Source of the DNA: an uncultured Verrucomicrobiota bacterium
Lineage (GTDB): Bacteria > Verrucomicrobiota > Verrucomicrobiia > Limisphaerales > AAA164-E04
Length of the DNA: 64,000 nucleotides
Direction: 5' to 3'
NCBI GenBank assembly: GCA_902560705.1
Contig: CACEMW010000004.1
Location: 878 to 64,877, forward strand
A program made the translations under genes and the position numbers. Below, in pieces: positions 34,420 to 45,660 of the stretch (position 1 is the stretch's first letter; each line of letters begins with the position of its first letter). Below the pieces are notes generated by a model. It was not told the DNA's origin, did no database searches, and worked only from the letters and a program-made list of their open reading frames with translations.

Positions 34420-37400
34420 ATGAATAAAGAAAGACCTTCGATGAAAAGGGATTCAACATCCAAGACCTTAAATCTCAAGCGCTCTGGCACCCTTGCTCTG
34501 TTATGCGGGATCTTTTGGCTCCATTCCTCGGCAGAGGCGATTGATTTCAACCGGGAGATACGTCCCATTCTGGCCGGCAAATGCTTTGCCTGTCATGGCC
34601 CTGACGAGGAAGCGCGCAAGGCAGGGCTCCGACTGGATCGACGCGAAGCAGTCATCGATGCAGATGTTTTGTTACCGGGTAAGTTGATGGACAGCGAACT
34701 CCACCACCGTATCCATTCCACGGATCCGGATGAGGTGATGCCCCCTCCCGAATCAAACCAAAATCTGACGCCGGAAGAAATCGACTTGCTGGACAAATGG
34801 ATCGAAGCCGGCGCCGCCTACGACCGGCACTGGGCCTTCGTTCCCCCCAAAAAAACCGCTGTTCCCAGCCATGGCCCCCGTTGGGGGGAAAACCCGATCG
34901 ACGCCTTCCTCTGGCAATCCATGAACGAGCACGGCTTTGAGCCCTCTGAGCCAGCACCTCCCCACATGCTGCTTCGCCGCCTTTACCTCGATTTAACGGG
35001 ACTACCCCCGGCACCGGAAGAAGTAGAAGCCTTTGTTGGGAAAAGCAGCCAAGAAGCCTATGTTCGAATCGTGGATCGCCTTTTGGCCTCCCCTGCCTAC
35101 GGGGAGAAATGGGGGCGCGAGTGGCTGGATATTGCCCGCTACGCCGACACCAATGGCTACGAAAAAGACAGACCCCGCAGCATGTGGCCCTACCGCGACT
35201 GGGTGATTCGCAGTCTCAACGCTGACAAGCCCTTCGACCAGTTCACCATCGAACAACTCGCCGGGGACATGCTCCCAGGGGCGACTCAAGATCAACGCAT
35301 TGCAACCGGTTTCCATCGGAACACGCAACTCAACGAAGAGGGTGGCATCGATCCCCTTGAGTTTCGTTTTTACGCCGCCGTCGATCGAGTGGCCACCACA
35401 GGCACGGCCTGGATGGGGCTGACCACCGGATGCGCCCAATGCCATACCCACAAATACGACCCCATCACGCATGAAGAGTATTATGGATTGATGGCTCTGT
35501 TGGACAATGTGGAAGAACCCGACCTCATCCTCGAATCCTCATCACAAGCGACTCAACGCAAGCAGATCGACGGCGCACTGGAAACCGAACGTGTTCGGCT
35601 ACAGGAAGGCACTTCAGGCTTTGAATCGGCTTTCACCGCATGGCTCAAGGAAGGCCAAGAAGCCGCAACGCAATGGACAACCCTGACTCCGACAGAGATG
35701 AAAACCAACCTTCCCAAGTTAGAGGTCCTGGAGGACGGCTCGATCTTTTCATCAGGGGATGTCACCAAACGTGATGTGTTCACCCTTCAATTCGAAAACG
35801 ACGCGCCCATCACCGCTTTGCGACTCGAAGTGTTGCCCGATCCCCGGTTGCCAGAACAAGGACCTGGCCGATGCTATTATGAGGGGCGGAAAGGGGATTT
35901 TTTCTTGAGTGAATTCCAAGTCTTCAAAGGGGAAGAACCCATGACGATCACCCAGCCCTCCCACACCTACGGAAAGATCAGTATAGGAGGAGGATCGGCC
36001 GATGCCAACAACGTCCTGGATGGGGATGGTTCCTCAGGTTGGTCGACGGCCGAGCAGAATGGCAAGGCACACCATCTGGTGCTTCCGCTGGAGAACCCCA
36101 TTCCTGCAAAGACCCCCTTTACCATCGAAATGCTGTTTGAGCGGCATTTTGTGGTGAGCCTGGGGCGTTTTCGACTTTCGGCCACCAGCGAGACCGGCAC
36201 CCCCATCGCCAAAGCACATGGCACAAGGGCGGAGGAACATCTGGCCACAGGCAAGCTCGATGAGCCATCGGTCCTCAGCTACCTCAAGGATGTTTTTCTG
36301 GAAACCGACCCTCGGTGGAGCACTCAGCAAAAAGCCCTGGAGAAAATCCGAAACCAACTCCCCCGGCCCGATCATTCCCTGGTCATGATGGAGCGACCCG
36401 CCGACAATCCTCGCCCCACCTATCTGCGACATCGCGGAGAATACCTCAGCCCGCGCAACCTCATCGAGCCCGGACTGCCCAAAGTGTTCCGAGACCCTGT
36501 ATTGCCAGGGCCCAAAGATCGCCTGAGCTTTGCCCGCTGGTTGGCAAGTGACGCCAACCCCATGGGTGACCGCGTGACAATCAATCGCGCCTGGCGGTCT
36601 TTTTTTGGCGCCGGATTGATTCGTAGTAGCGGAAACTTTGGCACACAAGCGCCCAGCCCCGATCACCCCGAGCTCTTGGACTGGCTGGCTCTGAAGTTTC
36701 GCGAAAACGGTCGTCACCTCAAATCGCTGCACCGACTCATCGTCACCAGTGCAACTTACCGGCAGTCCTCGCAAGCCAGCCCCGAACAGCTGCAGCGTGA
36801 TCCCGAAAACCGGCAGCTGGCGCGTGGTCCGCGCTTTCGTCTTTCTGGGGAATTAATCCGCGATCACATGCTCGCTGCCAGCGGCCGACTGTCACACAAG
36901 ATGCAGGGCCCAGGTGTATATCCCCCGCAACCCCTGAGTGTCACGGCGCATGCCTTTGGCAATACCGCCTGGAAGGTTTCTTTAGGTGAAGATCGCTACC
37001 GTCGGTCGGTGTATACCTTCATCAAGCGTACGGCACCTTTTGCCAGCTACATGACTTTTGACGGCACCTCGGGAGAAAATTGCGTGGCAAGGCGAGACCG
37101 CAGCAACACGCCCCTTCAGGCCCTTTCTCTGTTAAATGATGACATGTTTCTCGAGCTGGCTCGCCACGCAGCGATCCAAGTACCTGCCGAGCCTGAAGGT
37201 GCCATCGAGATCCTGTTTCGACAATTCCTTAGCCGTCCGCCCACCAAAGAGGAGCAGGCAACCCTCATGGGCTACTACCAGCAGCAGTTGGAACGCCTGC
37301 ATGCAGGGGAACTCCAAGCCAGCGATCTCACAGCATCCCAAGATGCCCCTGTCCAAAGGGCCGCAATAGTCTTGCTTGCCCGATTGATCATGAACCTCGA

Positions 37401-37422
37401 CGAAGCCATCACCAAACCATGA
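34420..37422 (+). CDS. PSCyt1-DUF1549-PSCyt2-DUF1553 (PSD1) family secreted protein
   Basis: Signal-like LALLCGIFWLHSSAEA. Motifs: CFACHGPDEEARKAGLRLD, IDAFLWQSM..GFEPSEPAP...LLRRLYLDLTGLPP and CAQCHTHKYDPITHEEYY, plus a C-terminal DUF1553-type region. The start could also be 34405. Confidence 0.8.
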   Translation: MNKERPSMKRDSTSKTLNLKRSGTLALLCGIFWLHSSAEAIDFNREIRPILAGKCFACHGPDEEARKAGLRLDRREAVIDADVLLPGKLMDSELHHRIHSTDPDEVMPPPESNQNLTPEEIDLLDKWIEAGAAYDRHWAFVPPKKTAVPSHGPRWGENPIDAFLWQSMNEHGFEPSEPAPPHMLLRRLYLDLTGLPPAPEEVEAFVGKSSQEAYVRIVDRLLASPAYGEKWGREWLDIARYADTNGYEKDRPRSMWPYRDWVIRSLNADKPFDQFTIEQLAGDMLPGATQDQRIATGFHRNTQLNEEGGIDPLEFRFYAAVDRVATTGTAWMGLTTGCAQCHTHKYDPITHEEYYGLMALLDNVEEPDLILESSSQATQRKQIDGALETERVRLQEGTSGFESAFTAWLKEGQEAATQWTTLTPTEMKTNLPKLEVLEDGSIFSSGDVTKRDVFTLQFENDAPITALRLEVLPDPRLPEQGPGRCYYEGRKGDFFLSEFQVFKGEEPMTITQPSHTYGKISIGGGSADANNVLDGDGSSGWSTAEQNGKAHHLVLPLENPIPAKTPFTIEMLFERHFVVSLGRFRLSATSETGTPIAKAHGTRAEEHLATGKLDEPSVLSYLKDVFLETDPRWSTQQKALEKIRNQLPRPDHSLVMMERPADNPRPTYLRHRGEYLSPRNLIEPGLPKVFRDPVLPGPKDRLSFARWLASDANPMGDRVTINRAWRSFFGAGLIRSSGNFGTQAPSPDHPELLDWLALKFRENGRHLKSLHRLIVTSATYRQSSQASPEQLQRDPENRQLARGPRFRLSGELIRDHMLAASGRLSHKMQGPGVYPPQPLSVTAHAFGNTAWKVSLGEDRYRRSVYTFIKRTAPFASYMTFDGTSGENCVARRDRSNTPLQALSLLNDDMFLELARHAAIQVPAEPEGAIEILFRQFLSRPPTKEEQATLMGYYQQQLERLHAGELQASDLTASQDAPVQRAAIVLLARLIMNLDEAITKP

Positions 37423-38840
37423 ATGCTTCCTTTCTCATTGAACGTACGCGCCGGCACTTCTTTCAGGATTGTGGACTCGGGATTGGCAAAATGGCCCTGG
37501 CCTCTCTCCTGGCCCGAGAGGGCTTGCGGGGAGCCACTGCCGACCACCCGCTCGACTACATGCGCCACCCGATCAAGGCCAAACGAGTCATCTTCCTTTT
37601 CATGGCCGGGGCACCCAGCCAACTCGAACTCTTTGACCACAAGCCCAAGCTCAAGGAAATGGAAGGCAAGCCCATTCCTCCATCGGTGATTCAAGGGCAG
37701 CGGTATGCTTTCATTCAACCCGATGCGGCAGTGCTAGGCCCACGGTTCCCTTTCAGTCAACACGGGCAATCAGGAGCTGAACTTTCCGACCGACTGCCCT
37801 ACCTGAGTCAGATCGTCGACGACATCGCCGTAGTCAAATCGTTGCATACCGATCACTTCAACCATGCCCCGGCCCAATTGTTCATGACCACCGGCAGTGG
37901 CATTCCTGGGCGCGCCAGCATGGGCTCCTGGCTGAGCTATGGTCTTGGAAGTGAGGCCGATGATCTCCCGGCTTTTGTGGTTCTCAAGAGCGGGGGAAGC
38001 CTCAGCGGTGGAGCCTCGATGTGGGGATCGGGTTTCCTCCCATCCGAACATCAGGGGGTTCCCTTCCGAGAGGGCAACGACCCGATCCTGCATCTCTCGA
38101 ACCCCAAAGGCATCGATCGGGTGGCCCAGAGGCAGACCCTGGATGCCTTGAGTCATCTCAATGAGCTTTCTCACCAGCAACTGAGAGATCCGGAAATCAA
38201 AACGCGCATCGAGGCTTATGAAATGGCCTATCGCATGCAGGCAAGGGCTCCTGAGTTGATGGATTTCTCCAGTGAAAGCCAAACAACAAAGAAACTTTAC
38301 GGTATCGAGGATGGCCGGTCCAATTTCGCCAGCCACTGCCTGCTGGCACGTCGCCTTGTGGAACGCGGAACGCGCTTTGTTCAGCTCTACCACAGTGGCT
38401 GGGATGCGCATTCGGATGTTGAAGGCAATGTCAAAAACAATGCCCGCACCGTCGATCAGGCCAGTGCGGCGCTGATCACCGACCTCAAGCAACGGGACAT
38501 GCTCAAGGATACCCTGGTGGTCTGGGGCGGCGAATTCGGCCGAACCCCCATGGTAGAAGCCAGTGCCGCTTTGGGGAGAAGCAAGGGGCGGGATCACCAT
38601 CCTCAGGCCTTCACCATGTGGCTGGCGGGCGGAGGCATCCGCCCTGGCATCACGCTGGGTCGAACCGATGAACTGGGTTTTCACATCACCGAAGACCCGG
38701 TTCACGTGCATGACCTGCAGGCCACCATCCTCGAGTTGATGGGGATCGACCACACACGCCTGAGTTTCAACTTTCAGGGTTTGGATTTTCGTCTCACAGG
38801 CGTGGAGCCTCACCATTCGATCCAAAAACTCATGGCTTGA
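37419..38840 (+). CDS. DUF1501-family (sulfatase-like) protein with Tat-type signal
   Basis: Contains TRRHFFQDCGLGIGKMALASLL, GGEFGRTP and GRDHHP. The start overlaps the upstream stop (ATGA). Confidence 0.85.
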   Translation: MNASFLIERTRRHFFQDCGLGIGKMALASLLAREGLRGATADHPLDYMRHPIKAKRVIFLFMAGAPSQLELFDHKPKLKEMEGKPIPPSVIQGQRYAFIQPDAAVLGPRFPFSQHGQSGAELSDRLPYLSQIVDDIAVVKSLHTDHFNHAPAQLFMTTGSGIPGRASMGSWLSYGLGSEADDLPAFVVLKSGGSLSGGASMWGSGFLPSEHQGVPFREGNDPILHLSNPKGIDRVAQRQTLDALSHLNELSHQQLRDPEIKTRIEAYEMAYRMQARAPELMDFSSESQTTKKLYGIEDGRSNFASHCLLARRLVERGTRFVQLYHSGWDAHSDVEGNVKNNARTVDQASAALITDLKQRDMLKDTLVVWGGEFGRTPMVEASAALGRSKGRDHHPQAFTMWLAGGGIRPGITLGRTDELGFHITEDPVHVHDLQATILELMGIDHTRLSFNFQGLDFRLTGVEPHHSIQKLMA

Positions 38841-38886
38841 TCCAGGCTCAGCCCTCATTCACCTGCCCAGCCGCTCCATCCACCTC

Positions 38887-39789
38887 ATGACGACCCAACT
38901 ATTGCACCATCACCCATCACCTTCAAGATTCACGTGCTTGCTGCATGGCTTTCTATCGCTGTTTCTGTGTTTCACCGCTTGCCAGAGCCCAGGTGTCCGA
39001 GAAACTCGCATGCCCTCTGATGATCGGGCACCGGCCATCCTGGACGACACCTTGATCATGGGGCAGATGACCCAAGCGGCAAGCGAAGCCATGGATGAAG
39101 CCTCACCAACCAGGATGAGCCAACTTATCGCCACCCTGAAAACCGAACCCACCGCCAAAGTGATGCTTTCCAAACCCACCCAAAGCCCTTTGAGTGAGGT
39201 TCAGCAATCGATTGCGGTAGTCGGCGGTATTTACAAATGCAACCGATGCACCCGCTGGCATGTGGCACCTGCCAGCGGCTTTCTCATTGCGGACGACTTA
39301 TTGGTGACCAACTACCATGTCGTCAATCAACCTTCCTATCAGGCCCTGGCGGTGCGCCTTTTCGATGGACGCCTGTTCATGGTGGAAGAGGTGGTGGCCG
39401 CCAGCCGCGAGAATGATCTCGCGGTGTTGCGCATCCCCTCCACAGGACTCAAGCCCGTTTCTTTGGGAGCGGCAGCTCCCATTGGAGCGCAGGTGGATCT
39501 CATCAGCCATCCCAAACAACGTTTCTACACCCTGAGTGAAGGAAGAGTTTCGCGTTATTTCATCCGCCGACAAGGCGACCGTCGGGTCCCCATGATGAGC
39601 ATCACTGCAGACTTCGGCAGAGGATCCAGCGGGGCACCCGTCCTCAACACCAAAGGACACGTCGTTGGGATTGCCACCAGCACGGAATCGGTCTACTATT
39701 CGGAGGAAGACGGCCAGCAAAAGAATCTGCAGATGGTCTTCAAGCATTGCATTCCAGTTCAACAATTACGCATGCTGATTGGAGGATGA
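38887..39789 (+). CDS. trypsin-like (S1) serine protease, predicted lipoprotein
   Basis: Lipobox FTAC. Catalytic triad contexts are LLVTNYHVV, NDLAVLRI and GRGSSGAPVLN. Confidence 0.7.
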   Translation: MTTQLLHHHPSPSRFTCLLHGFLSLFLCFTACQSPGVRETRMPSDDRAPAILDDTLIMGQMTQAASEAMDEASPTRMSQLIATLKTEPTAKVMLSKPTQSPLSEVQQSIAVVGGIYKCNRCTRWHVAPASGFLIADDLLVTNYHVVNQPSYQALAVRLFDGRLFMVEEVVAASRENDLAVLRIPSTGLKPVSLGAAAPIGAQVDLISHPKQRFYTLSEGRVSRYFIRRQGDRRVPMMSITADFGRGSSGAPVLNTKGHVVGIATSTESVYYSEEDGQQKNLQMVFKHCIPVQQLRMLIGG

Positions 39790-39835
39790 GCCTGGCAGGA
39801 GGGTTATTTGTCCATGCGCGTCAGCCACCACCGCC

Positions 39836-39964
39836 ATGCATCCTTCAACCTCATCCTCCCAGAGGGCCAAGGCCTTGACCCTGATCGAACTCCTGGTGGT
39901 CATTGCCGTCATCGCCTTGTTGCCCCATCCCATGTTGACGCAACCGAATGGGAAGGCCACTTGA
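39836..39964 (+). pseudogene. 42-codon remnant of a prepilin-type/HX9DG gene (N-terminal methylation motif only)
   Basis: [42 protein letters not shown] keeps the [16 protein letters not shown] segment seen intact in 14880..15623, but nothing downstream. Confidence 0.35.
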
Positions 39965-40035
39965 TAGGGGCTTGGCAACCTGCAGTCGATAGGTCAAAAT
40001 TAGGTTCTTATGGTTTTTTTAAAAACATCCCTGCC

Positions 40036-40983
40036 ATGAGAGCATCCTTGATTCAGCTCCTCCTTGACCTCGTGAGTCACTTCCGACGAGATCGCTCTCT
40101 TCAGCGACAAGAAGGGCGGGCCAAACATTTTAGCACACTGGCAATCAGCTTTTTGGGACTCATCATGGTGACTTCAGGTTGTCTGAGTCCGAAACTGGAA
40201 CGAAGGGAGACCATTCGCTACGGACAGCGAAAGGGGCATGATCTGACTTATGAGCTCATGCAACCCAAGTGCTCCAACGGTTTGGGAGTGGTCGTCATGG
40301 TTAGTGGAAGCTGGAAATCCAACCCTGATTCGTTCACACCGAACATCGGGCGGGCGTTTTTGAAACGGGGCTACACCCTACTTGCGCTTTCTCATCTATC
40401 CCAACCCAAGGCCACCATCCCAGAAATCGTTGAGGATGTGACCCAAGGCATGCGCCACATCCGGCAACATGCCTCCGATTATGGCATTGCAGCCAAGTCC
40501 TTGGGAGTCACCGGTGCGAGTGCCGGCGGGCACCTCGCTCTGATGATGGCCACGCGCGGCAAGGAGTGGACCCCTGATGGAGATCCGATGGTGCATGCCG
40601 CGGCGGTCTTTTTCCCAGTGACCGACATGCATCGACTCGGGAAAATAGAAGAACGTCTGGCAGATGGGGGGCCGCCGGAATCCTTCCGAAAATATTTTGG
40701 CATTGCCGAAGGAGATACAGCCGCCTGGAAGGCTGTCGCCACGGACCTGTCCCCACTGAAGCACGTCAGCCCTGATCTCTGCCCGGTATTGATGATTCAT
40801 GGGGATGACGATGAGGTCGTACGCTGGGAACAATCGCAATGGTTTCTCGAGGCAGCCCAAAATCAGGGTGTGACAGCAAAACTGATCACCAAACCTGGCA
40901 AGGGACATGGTTGGGCGACCATTCTCTTCGATATGAACGACCTGGCCCGATGGTTCGATCAACATCTCAGCCACGCGCCATGA
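40036..40983 (+). CDS. alpha/beta hydrolase (esterase/lipase-like)
   Basis: Nucleophile elbow GASAGGHLAL, plus IHGDDDEVV and a C-terminal GKGHGW. The start is uncertain (ATG at 40036, and a possible lipobox at VTSGC). Confidence 0.65.
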   Translation: MRASLIQLLLDLVSHFRRDRSLQRQEGRAKHFSTLAISFLGLIMVTSGCLSPKLERRETIRYGQRKGHDLTYELMQPKCSNGLGVVVMVSGSWKSNPDSFTPNIGRAFLKRGYTLLALSHLSQPKATIPEIVEDVTQGMRHIRQHASDYGIAAKSLGVTGASAGGHLALMMATRGKEWTPDGDPMVHAAAVFFPVTDMHRLGKIEERLADGGPPESFRKYFGIAEGDTAAWKAVATDLSPLKHVSPDLCPVLMIHGDDDEVVRWEQSQWFLEAAQNQGVTAKLITKPGKGHGWATILFDMNDLARWFDQHLSHAP

Positions 40984-42521
40984 ATCTCTTTTGCCGCCTT
41001 CTTCTGATTTGGGTTTCCTCGGCAAGCTGCCAACAGTCGGTAGCCGAAGAGTGGAATCAATTCCGTGGCCCCAACGGTTCCGGTGTGCTGGAAGGTGCTC
41101 GCCCCCCCATCCGCTTCGATGGTCAATCCCCTACCTGGCACCAGGCCATACCAAGTGGGCTTGCATCCCCGGTTCTGTGGGAACAGCGCCTTTTCCTGAC
41201 CGGTGTGGAAAAAGGCCTCTTGCAAACCCTTTGCCTGGACACAAGAAGTGGGCGTCTATTGTGGAAGCAGCAAGCACCCAAGGTCACCTTGGCCTCTCAT
41301 CACAAGGCGAGCAGCCCGGCAGCCTCCACCCCATGTGTGGACGAACAGCGTGTCTATGTGTATTTCGACTCCTTTGGATTGCTTTGCTACGACCATGAGG
41401 GCAACGAAATATGGAAACGCCCCATCCCCACTCCGAAGTCACTCTATGGAATGTCCAGCTCTCCCATCACTTCCAATGGAAAAGTTTTTCTGGTTCTGGA
41501 CAATGACCTGAAATTACCCGAAAGCCAACTCAGCCAATCCAAGCTGATGGCCCTTGATGGAGCGACCGGGGAAATTCTTTGGGAAACACCCCGTCCCTAC
41601 CAAAAAAGCGGATGGTCCACTCCGGCTCTATGGGCACATGAAGGCAAGGAGGAACTGGTGGTTCTGGGTAACGGAAGGGCCTACGGCTACGACCTTCAGG
41701 AAGGAAAGGAACTTTGGTATGTCAATGGGTTTTCCCGCGAAACCATCGCCGTTCCCATCATGGATGAGGGACGACTCTTCCTTTCCGCGGCTCGGCAGGG
41801 AGGGGCCGGCGATGAGGTCATCGATCCGGAGCCTTTTTGGTCCTCACTGCTAAGATTTGATCAGGATCAGGATGGACGTATCAGCAAGGAAGAGATCACC
41901 AACCTCTTTACCCTGCCCATCCGCCCGGAACTTCCGGTGGAACATCCAGGATTCGGCATTCCCCTCCCCAAGGACCCTGAACAACGTCAAAAGCGTCAGG
42001 CAGATTTGTTCGAATGGCGTGATAAGAATCAGGACGGGTTTTTGAGCAAGGAAGAATTCGTGTCCGAAATGATGATTGGAAGCGGTCGACCTCATTTGTG
42101 TGCCATCACGCCGGGCGGCCGGGGAGACATCACCCAAACCCATCTTGCCTGGAGCCTCCACCGAGGCATCCCGGAAATTCCCTCTCCTGTGGTTTATGAG
42201 GATCGCCTTTATCTGTTGAGGTCCGGAGGCATGCTCAGTGGAGTCGACACCATCACCGGGCGGATGCTCTTTCAGGAGCGCCTGGGTGCCTCCGGTCAAT
42301 ACAGTGCCTCTCCCATCCGAGTCGACCAACATTTGCTGGCGATCTCGGAATCCGGCATCCTCTCGGTCATTCCGCTCAAAGGGCCTTTTCAGGTAACCCA
42401 TCAGACATTCTTGAACGGATCGGTTCATGCCACTCCGGCCATGGACATGGATACCTTTTATATTCGAACCACTGAGGCATTGCTCGCGTTCCGTAGGGAG
42501 GCTTCCCTCCCGCCAAAATAA
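40980..42521 (+). CDS. secreted PQQ-like/BamB-like beta-propeller protein with an internal EF-hand pair
   Basis: The ATG at 40980 overlaps the upstream stop (ATGA). Contains a signal peptide and WNQFRGPNGSG. Repeated G..lW blades are present (SGRLLWKQ, GNEIWKRP, GEILWETP, GKELWYVN). EF-hand loops are DQDQDGRISKEE and DKNQDGFLSKEE. Confidence 0.65.
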   Translation: MNLFCRLLLIWVSSASCQQSVAEEWNQFRGPNGSGVLEGARPPIRFDGQSPTWHQAIPSGLASPVLWEQRLFLTGVEKGLLQTLCLDTRSGRLLWKQQAPKVTLASHHKASSPAASTPCVDEQRVYVYFDSFGLLCYDHEGNEIWKRPIPTPKSLYGMSSSPITSNGKVFLVLDNDLKLPESQLSQSKLMALDGATGEILWETPRPYQKSGWSTPALWAHEGKEELVVLGNGRAYGYDLQEGKELWYVNGFSRETIAVPIMDEGRLFLSAARQGGAGDEVIDPEPFWSSLLRFDQDQDGRISKEEITNLFTLPIRPELPVEHPGFGIPLPKDPEQRQKRQADLFEWRDKNQDGFLSKEEFVSEMMIGSGRPHLCAITPGGRGDITQTHLAWSLHRGIPEIPSPVVYEDRLYLLRSGGMLSGVDTITGRMLFQERLGASGQYSASPIRVDQHLLAISESGILSVIPLKGPFQVTHQTFLNGSVHATPAMDMDTFYIRTTEALLAFRREASLPPK

Positions 42522-42583
42522 CGAGGGATACCAGAGAAAGAGCCGACCCCTTGCAATCGCCTCAAGGTGTGGCATTAAAGGAT

Positions 42584-43198
42584 ATGAATATTTCTACCAG
42601 CTGCACGCGTCTCGTCGCTTGGATATGTCTATCCATGGTCACTTTCCCCTTACTGAGTCGATCCGAAAACGAATCTGGCATCATGCAAAGACCCACCCCG
42701 ATCCGCTTCGACCAACCCGATGCATCCCGTCAATGGGTGACTGTCAACGACAACGTGATGGGAGGTCGTTCTATTGGTGATTTTACGATCAAGGAAGGAA
42801 AACTGGTCTTTCGTGGCAGCACCAACACCAATGGCGGTGGATTTTCATCCATCCGCTCCCGCCCATTGGGACGAGACATGAGTGCTGTGGCTGCCTTTCG
42901 TGTTCGCTGCAAGGGGGACGGCCGCACCTATTTGCTGAGTTGTCGCACCAAGGAGACCTACCGAGGCATGCAGGTCGCCTATCGAGCTCCCTTTGAAACG
43001 CAAGCAGGCAAGTGGGTGGAGATCGTCGTACCCATGTCCGCTTTCAAGCCCTCTTTTCGGGGCATGGACCTCAGCCGACGTGCCCCCAAACTAGAAGGGG
43101 CGGACATCCTCTCCATGGGCCTCATGATCTACGACAAAAAGGACGGCCCCTTTGATCTGGAAGTAGAGTGGATTGGATTCCAAGACTCAGCCCAATAA
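42584..43198 (+). CDS. CIA30 (complex I intermediate-associated protein 30)-domain protein, secreted
   Basis: Signal peptide, then WVTVNDNVMGGRSIGDF...GKLVFRGSTNTNGGGFSSIRS, typical of the CIA30 domain. Confidence 0.7.
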   Translation: MNISTSCTRLVAWICLSMVTFPLLSRSENESGIMQRPTPIRFDQPDASRQWVTVNDNVMGGRSIGDFTIKEGKLVFRGSTNTNGGGFSSIRSRPLGRDMSAVAAFRVRCKGDGRTYLLSCRTKETYRGMQVAYRAPFETQAGKWVEIVVPMSAFKPSFRGMDLSRRAPKLEGADILSMGLMIYDKKDGPFDLEVEWIGFQDSAQ

Positions 43199-43233
43199 GC
43201 AGCCGATACCCTTTCCCTAAAATTCTCTCTCCC

Positions 43234-45504
<2,271 letters not shown>

Positions 45505-45660
45505 CTACACGTTTCCCTCTTATTTGGCAAACCCGGAGATCGGCAGATGAGGATAGCCAACCTCACCTGCGGTCGTTCGGGTCGGGGGCAAATGGGCTCT
45601 TCGATGCCTGATGCGCGTTTGCATCATGGGCTGCAACTTGATAAAACGACTCGAAACTTC

